DNA of 64,000 nt, from contig CATNEN010000010.1 of NCBI GenBank assembly GCA_950097015.1, positions 2,604,001-2,668,000 on the forward strand, written 5' to 3'. The DNA is from Macrostomum hystrix (lineage: Eukaryota; Animalia; Platyhelminthes). The notes below the pieces were generated by a model. That model did no database searches. It had not been told where the DNA came from and was given only the letters and a program-made list of their open reading frames with translations. The position numbers were made by a program, and so were the translations under genes. This document shows, one piece after another, positions 44,190 to 56,634 of the stretch (positions are counted from its first letter, which is position 1; every line of letters starts with the position of its first letter).

Positions 44190-44760
44190 TTGAGTGCTGA
44201 GGTTGGGCTATGAGCTTTGATGTACAAGGCTTCAAGAATCGGCAATTTGGAGTCAAGGGCGCATTGTTCAATGACTTTGAAGCGTTCTTCTGGTTTGCAT
44301 TTGGAGCAGCTGTTGCATTCTAAGAGATGGTTTTGGATAGCCGACGGTTTCAGCCAGTGCTCCCTGATTCTAGTGTACAGTTTTCCCCACGTAGGAGATG
44401 CTGTGATCCTCAAAGCAGTTGAATGGGTAAACGATACCAGCTCGAAGACCGCAGGGAACGCGTGACTTCAACAGACCGACGAAATCAGCAACTTTAGCAG
44501 AGCGAAAGACAACACGAATGTCGCGATTAGGCGAACAGATTTTGTTTTTGATCTTTTTGAAACATTTTGGTCAGAAAATTCAATTCTTGGTCAAAGATAA
44601 TCCAGGTGTTACAGACAATGAGAGCTCAGTGGAGCAAACACCTATTCAGGCCGGATTTCCACTGTCTCGAACACACAGCATTGGAGTTGAGGATGGGATT
44701 GGTAAATGTGTTTTTTCAAAAGACTTTCTTGGAGAGATTCATTCACTCGCAATCTCTACT
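44190..44760 (-). mobile_element. Decayed Penelope-like retroelement fragment (RT C-terminal region + GIY-YIG endonuclease)
   Basis: Pieces across frames: WKSGLNRCLLH*ALIVCNTWIIFDQELNFL, GIVYPFNC...SYVGKT, LYTRIREH...SAIQNHLLEC...FKVI...LPILEALYI. Stops and a frameshift are present. Confidence 0.8.
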
Positions 44761-45013
44761 CGTTCACTTTCGTTTTAAATAAACCTGAAGGTGCAACTGT
44801 TGTGCTAAACGCGTAGTTAATCTAATTAAATCGAATACTGCATGTTGAATTTCGCATTTCTCTACATTCATGTTTGTAATTGGAGTTAAAAATTGCTTTG
44901 CTTTTAAACAAGCAAAAGTACATTTATACAACAATTTCATTTGACAAGCAGTCGTAAAAGTCGAAAAATGCAAGTCTGAAGTGCTTCGGAATGCTGGAAT
45001 TCAATGGACAGTC

Positions 45014-45352
45014 TCACACTGTCATCCTCTCTGCAGACTCTGTCCACGACTCGCAGTCCTCCACCGACATGGATGATGATGCAATCGAGCCAAACAGGAT
45101 GTGGCGCACAATGAGCAGAGCGGCCAGCGAGGCGATGAACAGCACACTGCCGGTCAGCATCAGGGCGAAGTGCAGCCTGCCCTGCTGTCCGGAGCAGTCG
45201 GAGCCGGCCGGACATTTCAACGCCCGGGCAGCGGTGCCGCCAGCCACCAGAGCTGCCGAGGCAACGAGTGCAATTCCGGCAGCAATGCTTAACACCCTGC
45301 GTCGACGCAGGTGCACTCTTATTACGCTGGGATCCAACTTTTGCCGGGACAT
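45014..45352 (-). CDS. Small hypothetical membrane protein with two TM segments, about 112 aa
   Basis: ATG in an ACA-ATG context; RRRR followed by hydrophobic helix 1, a CPAGSDC loop, then helix 2 (FALMLTGSVLFIASLAALLIV); GC-rich island. Confidence 0.5.
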   Translation of the reverse strand: MSRQKLDPSVIRVHLRRRRVLSIAAGIALVASAALVAGGTAARALKCPAGSDCSGQQGRLHFALMLTGSVLFIASLAALLIVRHILFGSIASSSMSVEDCESWTESAERMTV

Positions 45353-46484
45353 TGTCTGCTGCTCTCTATTTGTCTCGATGCCTCTGTCTCAGTCTTTAAA
45401 CTTTGAAAGCTTTAATTGCGTTCCTCTCGTCCTGCAGGGTCTCAGATTTGTGCAACACGGCTTTATAAACTTTGTTAGGCTTCTCGTTGGCGTGTCATCA
45501 CACGCGTTGAGAAAAAAGCTACCCACCCCAAAGTTATGTACATTCCTTGCCGCCGCCCCAGACTATGTACATAGGCAGATTGAATGTACACGAATGCAAC
45601 CATATTCCCACCCCGGCGGAATTCCCGGCTCCTGATGTGGATCTAAATTTATAACTGACAAAGCACTGTTATGGCAGACCGCGTTGGCGTAATATGAAAC
45701 ACGAAGAGGACACGAAAATTCAAATAATAAGGATAATTGTGTCAATGATAAATTTAAAACGGCAGTAAAATGTCTCGCCATTTACTACATGCAAAACAGC
45801 TATTCTACTCCACTTCATTTCTGTGGCTCTAAGTCTAAGTGAAGTTTATAAAATAGGTAAAATCCGAAAGAAATATTGACAGTGAAATCCGATTCAATGC
45901 AACAACAAAGAAGGGGATAGACGGCTCTATCGCGGTGTCGAGCCTTGAAAATAATATTTATGTTTTTAAATGGTTGTCACCAACACTACTATTAGAAAAT
46001 GTTCCTCTTATTCAAGTAATTACAGTGCGAGCATATTACAGTATTACAGTGCTACAGTACAGTACCGGAAAGTAGTGAAGCAGTGAGTTGTTGTAAAATA
46101 TTGTGACGTCCTTCTTAGTTATGAAGAAATAAAGATCAGTAAGCAATGTCTACACGTCTAACTAACGCTACCCTTATCAAAGGTCTAAACTCACAACTAT
46201 ACGTTACAGTAATAATGAAATAAGTCGCAAAATCTAAATTACTTCTCAAACAGAGCGGGAGTATTAAAATGTCAGGTTAATTGAAACATATCTTGGTATA
46301 TGCAAAGCATGCATTAAAAAGGGTCGCTTCGATTTCTTCAAAGGTGCTCGACTTCGGTGCGAAAATCGGGTTGCTTTTGCAGGGTGCAGTGCTGTAGTGC
46401 GTCCACTAAACTATCTGTGTGCTTAACCTATATAAATTAACTGGCTCCACCCTGATTGGTTAATTGACTGTTGGGATTGGTCAA

Positions 46485-46665
46485 ACAACTGGCTCTACGC
46501 TGATTGGTCAAACAACTGGCTCTACGCTGATTGGTCAAACAACTGGCTCTACGCTAATTGGTCAAACATCTGGCTCTACGCTGATTGCTCAAACAACTGG
46601 CTCTACGCTGATTGGTCAAACAACTGGCTCTACGCTGATTGGTCAAACAATTGGTTCTGCGCTGA
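46485..46665. repeat. 27-bp minisatellite (GGTCAAACAACTGGCTCTACGCTGATT)
   Basis: About 7 copies. Confidence 0.9.
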
Positions 46666-46802
46666 TTCGTCATCCGACTGGCTCCTACCCGCTTGGTCCG
46701 TTGACTGCATGCACCAGCTTCTTCAACGATGCAGCAGTCAGAGAAAAAACGCCCAGGTCATAGATCGTTCAGAGGCCACTCAGGCCGCCGGGCATGCCGC
46801 TC

Positions 46803-47786
46803 TCAGCCGCTGGTGGTGCCGCTAGCCGGGCCGCCAACTACCCCGGTGCCCTTGTAGCGGCCGCAGGTGAGCAGCTGCATTGTGTGCATGCGGAACACGC
46901 GCATGAAGATAAGGTAGATAATGACGGCGCAGCAGGAGTTCAACGTCACCATGAAGGTGCTGAAGATCTGCGGCGTTGAATTCACCTCGTAGTTGATGGT
47001 CGTCGAGAAGGTGCCGATGAAGTAGTAGAATGAGTCGAATGAGAAGCTGACAACGAACACGGTGGTGACCACAATGGCCGTCTTCGTGAACTCGGTGGCT
47101 GCGTTGCTCTGCTTGCCGTCGCTGGAGGTGGTGGCGCCAGTGGCCGCCCGGATGACGATGACAATCTTGGTGTACATGACCACCATTGCGGCCATCGGGC
47201 ACATGTAGATGCCGAGGAACCACAGGGCGGCGTGGACAGTCAGGAACTTGGCCAGCGCTGGCGAGTCGAAGGTCGGGGTGCCGTAGTTGCAGACTCCGTT
47301 GGCGTAGCGCACCCAGAAGGTGACGGGCGTGGCCAGCAGGTAAGCGCCGAGGTGAATGCCCAGAATCATCAGGGCCACGTGCCAGGGCTTCTTGGCCTTG
47401 TACTTGATTGGGAAAACGACAGCCATGAAGCGCTCGATGCAGATGAGCAGCAGGTTCCAGACGCTGAGGACAACCAGGATCCAGTAGAATGTCTGCGTGT
47501 ACCACAGGTAGCACGCCACAGGGTTGGTTGAGCTGTCTGGCAGGTTGGGCACCAGGTAGAAAACGTTCAACAGACAGATGAGCGAGTCGATGCAGGCCTG
47601 GTGCTTCAGCAGCATCAGCGTCATCACATTGAAGCTCTTTTTGGCCTTCGTGAAGAAGACAACAACGCCAAGGATGTTCAGCGTCAGGCCGACTATGACA
47701 ATGAACAGCTGGAACTTCTTGAAGCTGCTGATCCAGTCCGAGTCGCTGGCTGCCGTCACCTGCGCCGTTGTGTTGTTGGCTGCCAT
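46803..47786 (-). CDS. Class A (rhodopsin-like) GPCR, intronless, 327 aa
   Basis: N-glycosylation sequon NNT; TM1 GLTLNILG; TM2 LKHQACIDS; ECL1-TM3 ACYLW; ICIERFMAVVFPIKY; TM5 YMCP; TM7 NSCCAVIIYLIF. Confidence 0.9.
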   Translation of the reverse strand: MAANNTTAQVTAASDSDWISSFKKFQLFIVIVGLTLNILGVVVFFTKAKKSFNVMTLMLLKHQACIDSLICLLNVFYLVPNLPDSSTNPVACYLWYTQTFYWILVVLSVWNLLLICIERFMAVVFPIKYKAKKPWHVALMILGIHLGAYLLATPVTFWVRYANGVCNYGTPTFDSPALAKFLTVHAALWFLGIYMCPMAAMVVMYTKIVIVIRAATGATTSSDGKQSNAATEFTKTAIVVTTVFVVSFSFDSFYYFIGTFSTTINYEVNSTPQIFSTFMVTLNSCCAVIIYLIFMRVFRMHTMQLLTCGRYKGTGVVGGPASGTTSG

Positions 47787-49489
47787 GGCAACTGTGGGAT
47801 AGTTAAAAAGTATAAAGAGCTGTTTCTTATTTGCTATTTTTTAATGTTCAGCATGCGGTACTGCGAGTAGCATTTTACGGGCATCTCAGAATTCGAAATA
47901 AAAAATTAAGACCCAAGTTTTAAGAATCTACGAAATGGCTGGTCAAGGCTGCGAGGCGCTAAAAGTTTACGGACAACCGCCTTCAAAATAGAATTGGCTC
48001 TATGGATTTTAAGAAAAATATTATTTGGAGGTTATCCATTAATTGCTTCACCTGGCTAACTTCTCGTGAAGTTAATTGAAACAAAAAAATGCATTGCAAT
48101 TTTAGAAGCGAAATTGAAAAGCCGAGTTTCTTACGAGCTTTAATCGTCCTTAGAAGAGTTAAGACCGTGTATTCTGTGGTTAAGACTACCTATTGACTAC
48201 CCTGGCAAACCTTACTGGTTTTCTGAGAAGTACTTTTTACACAATTTATGCCTAGATGACTGACAGCTGGTCGCCTATCATCTAAAACATCTCTAACCAC
48301 ATGACAACTAAAAGAGCAGAGCAAACTCCTGCACAGCAGAAGAAGATTGCTCAATCGGCTTAAGAGCAACTTGAATTTCCTGTCACAGTAGGTAGCCTTG
48401 GCAGCGAGTAAACAAAAGCACGAAACACGAACACGAGTAAAAAATGATTTCAAGTGGACTAAGGAAGGAGCTTGCCGATTCCGTCAGGAATGTTGAAGTG
48501 CCTGACTAGTTTAACAAAATATCGATAGAAACTTTCTCAGTCTGATGGAATCGATTCGAGTCACTTGACACCGCAGCCGAGGAAAATTGCGAAAAAGCTG
48601 GCGCGAACCTGAGAGCCGGAGAACAGGAGACTGAATTTCAAAATGCTCAATTTCTGTAAATATTAAAGCAAATATTTTTTACTTTCAGAACATAACAAAG
48701 AGACTTTCCATTCGTTTCGCGAGGCTCTGAAAGAAGCAAGCAAAAGATGGGAGCTGCTTCAGAAGCAGGTAAATCTTGCACCCTGCCCCGGCCACTTGCT
48801 GCTTTGGCCTACCTTGCGAAAAGCGGAGTCGAGCGCGAAAGTCTTTCTTCGACGAGGTGACCCGGTGCGGCAATTGTACCAGCAAGGAGGCGGAAAATTT
48901 GATGGGGCCTAATTGAGCAGAAGATTGCTTTCTGCTCCGCCACCTAAGTTGAGTCTTTAAAAAGTGATGGGCCTCTATAAAATGGGCGGGCAGCTGCTGC
49001 GACCAATTAGCTCCGGCCAGGACTTGGACCGGGCGCGTTGTGATGCTGCGGTTGCCATGACAACTTGGGGGAGGCCGCCACCCGCTCACTCGAGGCTGTG
49101 GCGTGACGTGACCGAGGTGGAGTTTCTTGTCACATTTGTCCCTCATTTTCCTAGTTTTTTAGTTTCCTTATCTTCCCCTTCCCACCTGACTTCCCGAATC
49201 CCGGCAATCGAGTGGCGGGCCAGGTGAATGTCCCATCAGACCGAGTTTGAGAAGTTTTAACTGGGGCAGCAATGGAAGTGAAGGAAGCTATAGACTCAAA
49301 CGGCCTGTGTCACTCACAAAAGTCTGCAGGCGCACTTTCCTTAGATACCAACTGCCTAGCTATCTCTGCCTTGAAGAGGCCGCGCCTCCTGCACTAATTA
49401 GACCCAACACTCGCTTCCATGGTCACCGACTTCGAGTGTTTTGTTCTTAGTGATATTCTTATTTTAGAACTGCTATCCCAGTCACTCAG

Positions 49490-49757
49490 TGTGACAGCTG
49501 CTATCCCAGTCACTCAGTGTGACAGCTGCTATCCCAGTCACTCAGTGTGACAGCTGCTATCCCAGTCACTCAGTGTGACAGCTGCTATCCCAGTCACTCA
49601 GTGTGACAGCTGCTATCCCAGTCACTCAGTGTGACAGCTGCTATCCCAGTCACTCAGTGTGACAGCTGCTATCCCAGTCACTCAGTGTGACAGCTGCTAT
49701 CCCAGTCACTCAGTGTGACAGCTGCTATCCCAGTCACTCAGTGTGACAGCTGCTAAC
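49490..49757. repeat. 28-bp minisatellite (GCTATCCCAGTCACTCAGTGTGACAGCT)
   Basis: About 9 identical copies. Confidence 0.96.
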
Positions 49758-50083
49758 CCAATGTATATATTTATTCTATAAATTTATTGTTTTCCGTCTA
49801 TACGTTTCTTCCCATTGGCTTTCGAACACAATGATACGAATTCGGCCTACCGATGTTATTTTTTTACTATTTCACATTCACCATGCCGCATATCAAGCTT
49901 CAAAAAACCATTCAATTCCTTCAAAGTCTGCAATTGTTAGAGCCTTTTGGACATAGACACTTTGAAATGCGATTCGAAAATTGCGTATTTGCGCATCGAA
50001 ACCCGACGAATGTGATGCAAAAATCTCACCTTAGCTAGTCCTTGTCGAGCAATTCTGTTGGTTTTGGTCACCTTTGATTGGCA

Positions 50084-53000
50084 ATGAGTTTGTCGCCCAG
50101 CGATCCCATTGTCCAAGGACCGAGCCACTCCGACCGGAGCAGTCCGGCTTTGAGTAGCCGCCAGAGCTTCTTCAAACATCGCACCAGCCTGAGCAGCTGG
50201 GACCCGTGGACCAACCGCCACCTGCCCGCCGCTTCTGAACATCCCCGCCAGCAGCAGCAGCAGCAGCAGCAGCAACCGCAGCAGCAGCAGCAGCAGCAGC
50301 AACCGCAGCAGCAGCAGCAGCAGCAGCAACCGCAGCTGCCGATTCTGAAGTCGGCGGGCAGAATCTACGATTCAATGCTAGAAGCCGAGCGGAGGCTGGC
50401 AGCGTGCCCCGGCACTAACAGCAACACCCACGACATACCCGGCGGAGTCAGCGACATTCAGCAGCACTCCAGACTCAAGCAGCACACCACCGTTATCTCC
50501 TGGCTGAGCAGTGAGCCTGCCACGAAAGGTGGCGTCCACGATTTCAACTTTGTCTTCGAAATACAGTCCAGCAACTCTGAACTGTGAGAGTAGAAGCAAG
50601 CGTGCATTTTTTGTATTTGTTAAAGAAATTTAGTAATTTTGTAATTTACGCATAATATCTACTATTATACTACTATAAGTAGGAACAGCAGTGTTAATGT
50701 TTCCTTCTTTATGTGCCTTTGAGAACGAGCCGGATATTTTGGCACCACAATCAATAGATATCAGAGAGTCCTGTCCTTCTAATCCCATTACTCAGGCCGG
50801 ACAGCGCTGGCAGGCTGTCCGCTTCGCCTGAAAGCTCCACCGCGAGCTACAACCGGCGCCCCCGGCCGTCGAAGCTTGATCCGCGGCAGGAATCGGGTAG
50901 GCTGAGCCCGAATGAAGAAATGCAGCTGAAGCAGATGCTGGGATCCTCAAAGCTGCAGCAACAGCAAGGCCTGCTTCAAGAACAACGCCAGAGATCTCCC
51001 GGAGGCAAGCAGCAGCAGCAACAGCAGCAGCAACAGCAGCAGCAACAGCAGCAGCAACAGCAGCAGCAACAGCAGCAGCAACAGCAGCAGCAGGGCATGC
51101 CTCACGAACAACAGCAAATATCTTCTGGAACCAAGAAGCAGCAGCAGCAACAGCAGCAACAGCAGCAGGGCATGCCTCACGAACAACAGCAAATATCTCC
51201 CGGAAACAAGAAGCAGCAGCAGGTGGGTCAGCCACTCGGTTCGCAGCTGCAGAGGCCAAATAAATCTACTGGACAGATGCGCCAACAGATGAAGCAGGTC
51301 GCAAGTGATGCTTCTCAGGGCGAAAAATACAGACAAAATGACAAGAGCGAGAGCGACTCAACGGCTGATGATGAGGAAAATCAGCGTGCAGAAACTACAT
51401 CAAGCAGCGAGGGCGATGATGAGTATTTCGGCGATGGCAACGGCGAGGGTGAGGAAAGTGACGGTGAAAATGACAGCGACGACGAGGGCGAGGGCGGCGA
51501 AGGCGACTTTCAGTCTTCTTCTGAGGAGCCGCTTCAGCAGATGGATGAAAAGCAGAACCAGACGACAGCTCGAAGGAAGTTGAACATGTCGTATCTGAGT
51601 AAGGAGGGAAGCGTTATTGGCTGCATGAATGTCTTCGCCGACGTGATTAACCGAGAGTTCATGATACTGCTAACTGACAGCGTCATCCAGGCCTTTCTGG
51701 TTGATCCGAGCCAGTTCCGCGCGATAGCCAGGTAATATTTGTTTGATTTAATGAGCCGTCTCTTCTCCTTAAGGTCTCACCCACTGCTTCAGGGTCTCAC
51801 CCACTGCTTCAGGGTCTCACCCACTGCTTCAGGGTCTCACCCACTGCTTCAGCGTCTCACCCACTGCTTCAGGGTCACTCTCTCTGCTTCAGCGTCTCAC
51901 CCACTGATTCAGGGTCACTCTCTCTGCTTCAGAGTCTCACCCACTGCTTCAGCGTCTCACCCACTGCTTCAGGGTCACTCTCTCTGCTTCAGAGTCTCAC
52001 CCACTGCTTCAGCGTCTCACCCACTGCCTCAGGGTCACTCTCTCTGCTTCAGAGTCTCACCCACTGCTTCAGCGTCTCACCCACTGCTTCAGGGTCACTC
52101 TCTCTGCTTCAGAGTCTCACCCACTGCTTCAGCGTCTCACCCACTGCTTCAGGGTCACTCTCTCTGCTTCAGAGTCTCACCCACTGCTTCAGCGTCTCAC
52201 CCACTGCTTCAGGGTCACTCTCTCTGCTTCAGGGTCTCACCCACTGCTTCAGCGTCTCACCCACTGCTTCAGGGTCACTCTCTCTGCTTCAGCGTCTCAC
52301 CCACTGATTCAGGGTCACTCTCTCTGCTTCAGAGTCTCACCCACTGCTTCAGCGTCTCACCCACTGCTTCAGGGTCACTCTCTCTGCTTCAGAGTCTCAC
52401 CCACTGCTTCAGCGTCTCACCCACTGCCTCAGGGTCACTCTCTCTGCTTCAGAGTCTCACCCACTACTTCAGCGTCTCACCCACTGCTTCAGGGTCACTC
52501 TCTCTGCTTCAGAGTCTCACCCACTGCTTCAGCGTCTCACCCACTGATTCAGGGTCACTCTCTCTGCTTCAGAGTCTCACCCACTGCTTCAGCGTCTCAC
52601 CCACTGCTTCAGGGTCACTCTCTCTGCTTCAGAGTCTCACCCACTGCTTCAGCGTCTCACCCACTGCCTCAGGGTCACTCTCTCTGCTTCAGAGTCTCAC
52701 CCACTGCTTCAGCGTCTCACCCACTGCTTCAGGGTCACTCTCTCTGCTTCAGAGTTTCACCCACTGCTTCAGCGTCTCACCCACTGCTTCAGGGTCACTC
52801 TCTCTGCTTCAGAGTCTCACCCACTGCTTCAGCGTCTCACCCACTGCTTCAGGGTCACTCTCTCTGCTTCAGAGTTTCACCCACTGCTTCAGCGTCTCAC
52901 CCACTGCTTCAGGGTCACTCTCTCTGCTTCAGAGTCTCACCCACTGCTTCAGCGTCTCACCCACTGCTTCAGGGTCACTCTCTCTGCTTCAGAGTCTCAC

Positions 53001-54583
53001 CCACTGCTTCAGCGTCTCACCCACTGCTTCAGGGTCACTCTCTCTGCTTCAGAGTCTCACCCACTGCTTCAGTGTCTCACCCACTGCTTCAGTGTCTCAC
53101 CCACTGCTTCAGGGTCTCACCCACTGCTTCAGCGTCTCACCCACTGCTTCAGGGTCACTCTCTCTGCTTCAGCGTCTCACCCACTGATTCAGGGTCACTC
53201 TCTCTGCTTCAGAGTCTCACCCACTGCTTCAGCGTCTCACCCACTGCTTCAGGGTCACTCTCTCTGCTTCAGAGTCTCACCCACTGCTTCAGCGTCTCAC
53301 CCACTGCTTCAGTGTCTCACCCACTGCTTCAGTGTCTCACCCACTGCTTCAGGGTCACTCACTCTGCTTCAGAGTCTCACCCACTGCTTCAGGGTCTCAC
53401 CCACTGCTTCAGCGTCTCACCCACTGCTTCAGGGTCACTCTCTCTGCTTCAGCGTCTCACCCACTGCTTCAGGGTCACTCTCTCTGCTTCAGAGTTTCAC
53501 CCACTGCTTCAGCGTCTCACCCACTGCTTCAGGGTCACTCTCTCTGCTTCAGAGTCTCACCCACTGCTTCAGCGTCTCACCCACTGCTTCAGGGTCACTC
53601 TCTCTGCTTCAGCGTCTCACCCACTGATTCAGGGTCACTCTCTCTGCTTCAGAGTCTCACCCACTGCTTCAGCGTCTCACCCACTGCTTCAGTGTCTCAC
53701 CCACTGCTTCAGGGTCTCACCCACTGCTTCAGGGTCACTCACTCTGCTTCAGGGCCACTCTTTCTGCTTCAGGGCCACTCTCTCTGCTTCAGGGCCACTC
53801 TCTCTGCTTCAGGGTCACTCTCTCTGCTTCAGGGCCACTCTCTCTGCTTCAGGGTCACTCTCTCTGCTTCAGGGCCACTCTCTCTGCTTCAGGGCCACTC
53901 TCTCTGCTTCAGGGTCTCACCCACTGCTTCAGGGCCACTCTCTCTGCTTCAGTTACTATTCGCGTCAGAGCTGCTCCTCACCATATCGCCACAGGCGCAC
54001 CGGCTGCGAGATCATTGTGACCCGTAGAATTTTGAATCGCCGAATCGGGCCCAGCCGTTGGTTAAAGTACCTGGTGCTGAGCATCAGAGGTCCGACCAGC
54101 AGCGCCATTAGCCAGTGCGACAGGCTCATGGTGAAGTTGTTCCCGCCCTACAAAGTGCGCAGGGAGTACATGGAACCGGCGCCAGTGGCCCTGTTCGTGA
54201 AGGAGTCTTACCCGGACAACACCATGCTCTACTTTAACTATCAGCGAACCGGCCCTACGGCGGACAGGCTTGGCGACATGCGTCTGCGGACGCCGTTCAG
54301 CCCGAGCACGTACCGGCCGCTGGAGAACACGCCGTGGAAATACGCCGACTGGCGGCTGTTCCGGGGCACCTTCGAGCCCAAAAATACGGCGGCCGAGACG
54401 ACCATCAAGCACGTGTACCCGGAGTGGGGCATGGAGGTTGGCGACTATGTGAAGAACTCTCACAAGTGGGAACAGGCGTGCGAATACGCGGTGGAATTGG
54501 AGAAGCATAGGAACCTGGAGCGCAGCGTCCGAGTCAAGAATCGGAAGTTGGAGGCCGAGCCGTTGTTCGCCGAGAATCTCTGA
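50084..54583 (+). CDS. Hypothetical polyQ/acidic protein with a C-terminal globular (possibly KH-like) region, 3 exons, about 688 aa
   Basis: Exons 50084-50583, 50796-51731 and 53953-54583, with phase-2 GT-AG introns that join ORFs 50078, 50920 and the non-repeat tail of ORF 53072 (2067 nt). Confidence 0.75.
51772..53952. repeat. 20-bp compound minisatellite (GGTCTCACCCACTGCTTCAG / GGTCACTCTCTCTGCTTCAG), about 109 units, filling intron 2
   Basis: Two unit types, often in a 60-bp higher-order pattern. Confidence 0.97.
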
Positions 54584-55649
54584 GCTGCTGGCTGGCGCTC
54601 ATAGGGATGCGTTTAATTCAAGCTTTGTGCCTGGCTGGCACGTCCTGAGCAGTTTTAAATGACTCAGAAAGCACTCAGAAACCTCATTGTTGCTTGTGCG
54701 AAGACTGATTTTAGATAGCATTTTAGCATTCGAGTTTTCAGGGGCAAACAGGCATAAACTGAGCCAAGGCAGAATTAGGCAGAACATCTGGAATGCTCGA
54801 CTTTAGTTTAACTTAGTTTAACATCTAAGTACGCTCGCAGTTGCCAAGCAGCTCAGCTGCATTGTTACGGTAATGCCACTGATATGGTCAGAATATTAAG
54901 CTTTATTTGCATTAGCTCCCATGCTTAGCAGGCCAGCGTGTTTAACTTTGCTTTCTTTTTATCAGTAAGTCTGCCATTAATCACTATAGCTGTAACTAAA
55001 ATATATTCCCGCTCAGCTATTCATTCTGGCTTACACACAGCTCAGCGAGAATTGTGAAGTTCTTATTTTCTCTATTCATTTGCGTCACGCAGATCAGCTC
55101 GGCAACACCGCAGATTCTCTGAGCCTTGGCGCCGGGCCCATTGCTCCCTGCCGAGAGGCTAGGTAGCTGGCCTGTCAGGGGTGTTAATCGTGAGCTCTGT
55201 GCTCTGCAACACTGAGAGACAGTGACTGACAATGCTTGCTGGAGCAGCTCTATCATGGGTCAGTTTTCTTTTTTCCAGCTGCTCTCTGGAAAGTCTCAAA
55301 ACAATTAACAAAATATAATTTTCTGCCAAATGGATAGAATAGCAAGGACTGGGGCTGGGTGGACATTGGGCCGAGAGTTCTCACGATTGTGCCGCCCGCA
55401 ATCATTAACTGCTTGGTGAATTGTGTCTGCATAAGACAGAATGCTATAGGTCTCCGCAAACTTTAGAAATCGAAAATAATATGAAATTATCTTCTACTTT
55501 TAGGCTGGCCCAGCCGCAGACTCACAGGAGCGAGATTAACTCAGCAGCTGAGCTGTTTGTGCTCAGCCTCTGTGCCACCGCGGGAATGTTTTGTTAGCCC
55601 GATTGGCATGGCTCGCAGCAGCAACCGTTTTTCTACTGACATACACTGC

Positions 55650-56085
55650 TTGCCCAGCCCCCCGACTCTTCAGCTACCTACCCCCCGACTCTTCAGCTAC
55701 CTACCCCCGACTCTTCAGCTACCTACCCCCCGACTCTTCAGCTACCTACCCCCGACTCTTCAGCTACCTACCCCTTGACTCTTCAGCTACCTACCCCCGA
55801 CTCTTCAGCTACCTACCCCTTGACTCTTCAGCTACCTACCCCCGACTCTTCAGCTACCTACCCCCGACTCTTCAGCTACCTACCCCCCGACTCTTCAGCT
55901 ACCTACCCCCCGAATCTTCAGCTACCTACCCCCCGACTCTTCAGCTACCTACCCCCGAATCTTCAGCTACCTACCCCTTGACTCTTCAGCTACCTACCCC
56001 CGACTCTTCAGCTACCTACCCCCCGACTCTTCAGCTACCTACCCCCCGACTCTTCAGCTACCTACCCCCGACTCTTCAGTTACCT
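55650..56085. repeat. 21-22-bp minisatellite (CCCGACTCTTCAGCTACCTAC)
   Basis: About 20 copies with a variable C-run. Confidence 0.94.
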
Positions 56086-56634
56086 AACTTCCGATATTTT
56101 AGCTGCCGACTACTGATATAAAAGCGACTCAAGCTTTATACCTTTTGGTGGAGTAAGCGACAGGTGCAATTTGTCGGGCAGAAAGCATAATAAACTTTTT
56201 AATGCCAGGTCGTCAGGTCACGCAGATTTAACGTGCTAAATTTTAGTGCATTTACCTGCAATTAGCATGAACACAGAATCCAGAGATGTGGCGGGGTATT
56301 TTTTTCTCTGTCCATATCCAGCACAGGCCTGGTTTTTAAGCTCCTATTTTAGAAATGCTTTACTATATTGTTGTGCTCAGTGCTGCGAAATTAACAATAG
56401 CAGAATACACTCAACTAATTGGAATTGGAATGAACGAGTGGTTCGCTGCTTCTCCTAAGCAGTTTTTTGCATTGAAAGTATGCAAAGTATTATAGTGCAA
56501 AATATGCAAAATATCAAGCTCACGACCAAGCAATGATGAGTTTGTAATGCAATTTCTGAGTGCTAATTTATATGACATTGTAAATATGAATTGATATGTA
56601 TTAATAGGCAGTACAAAGGCATAAACTAATACCG

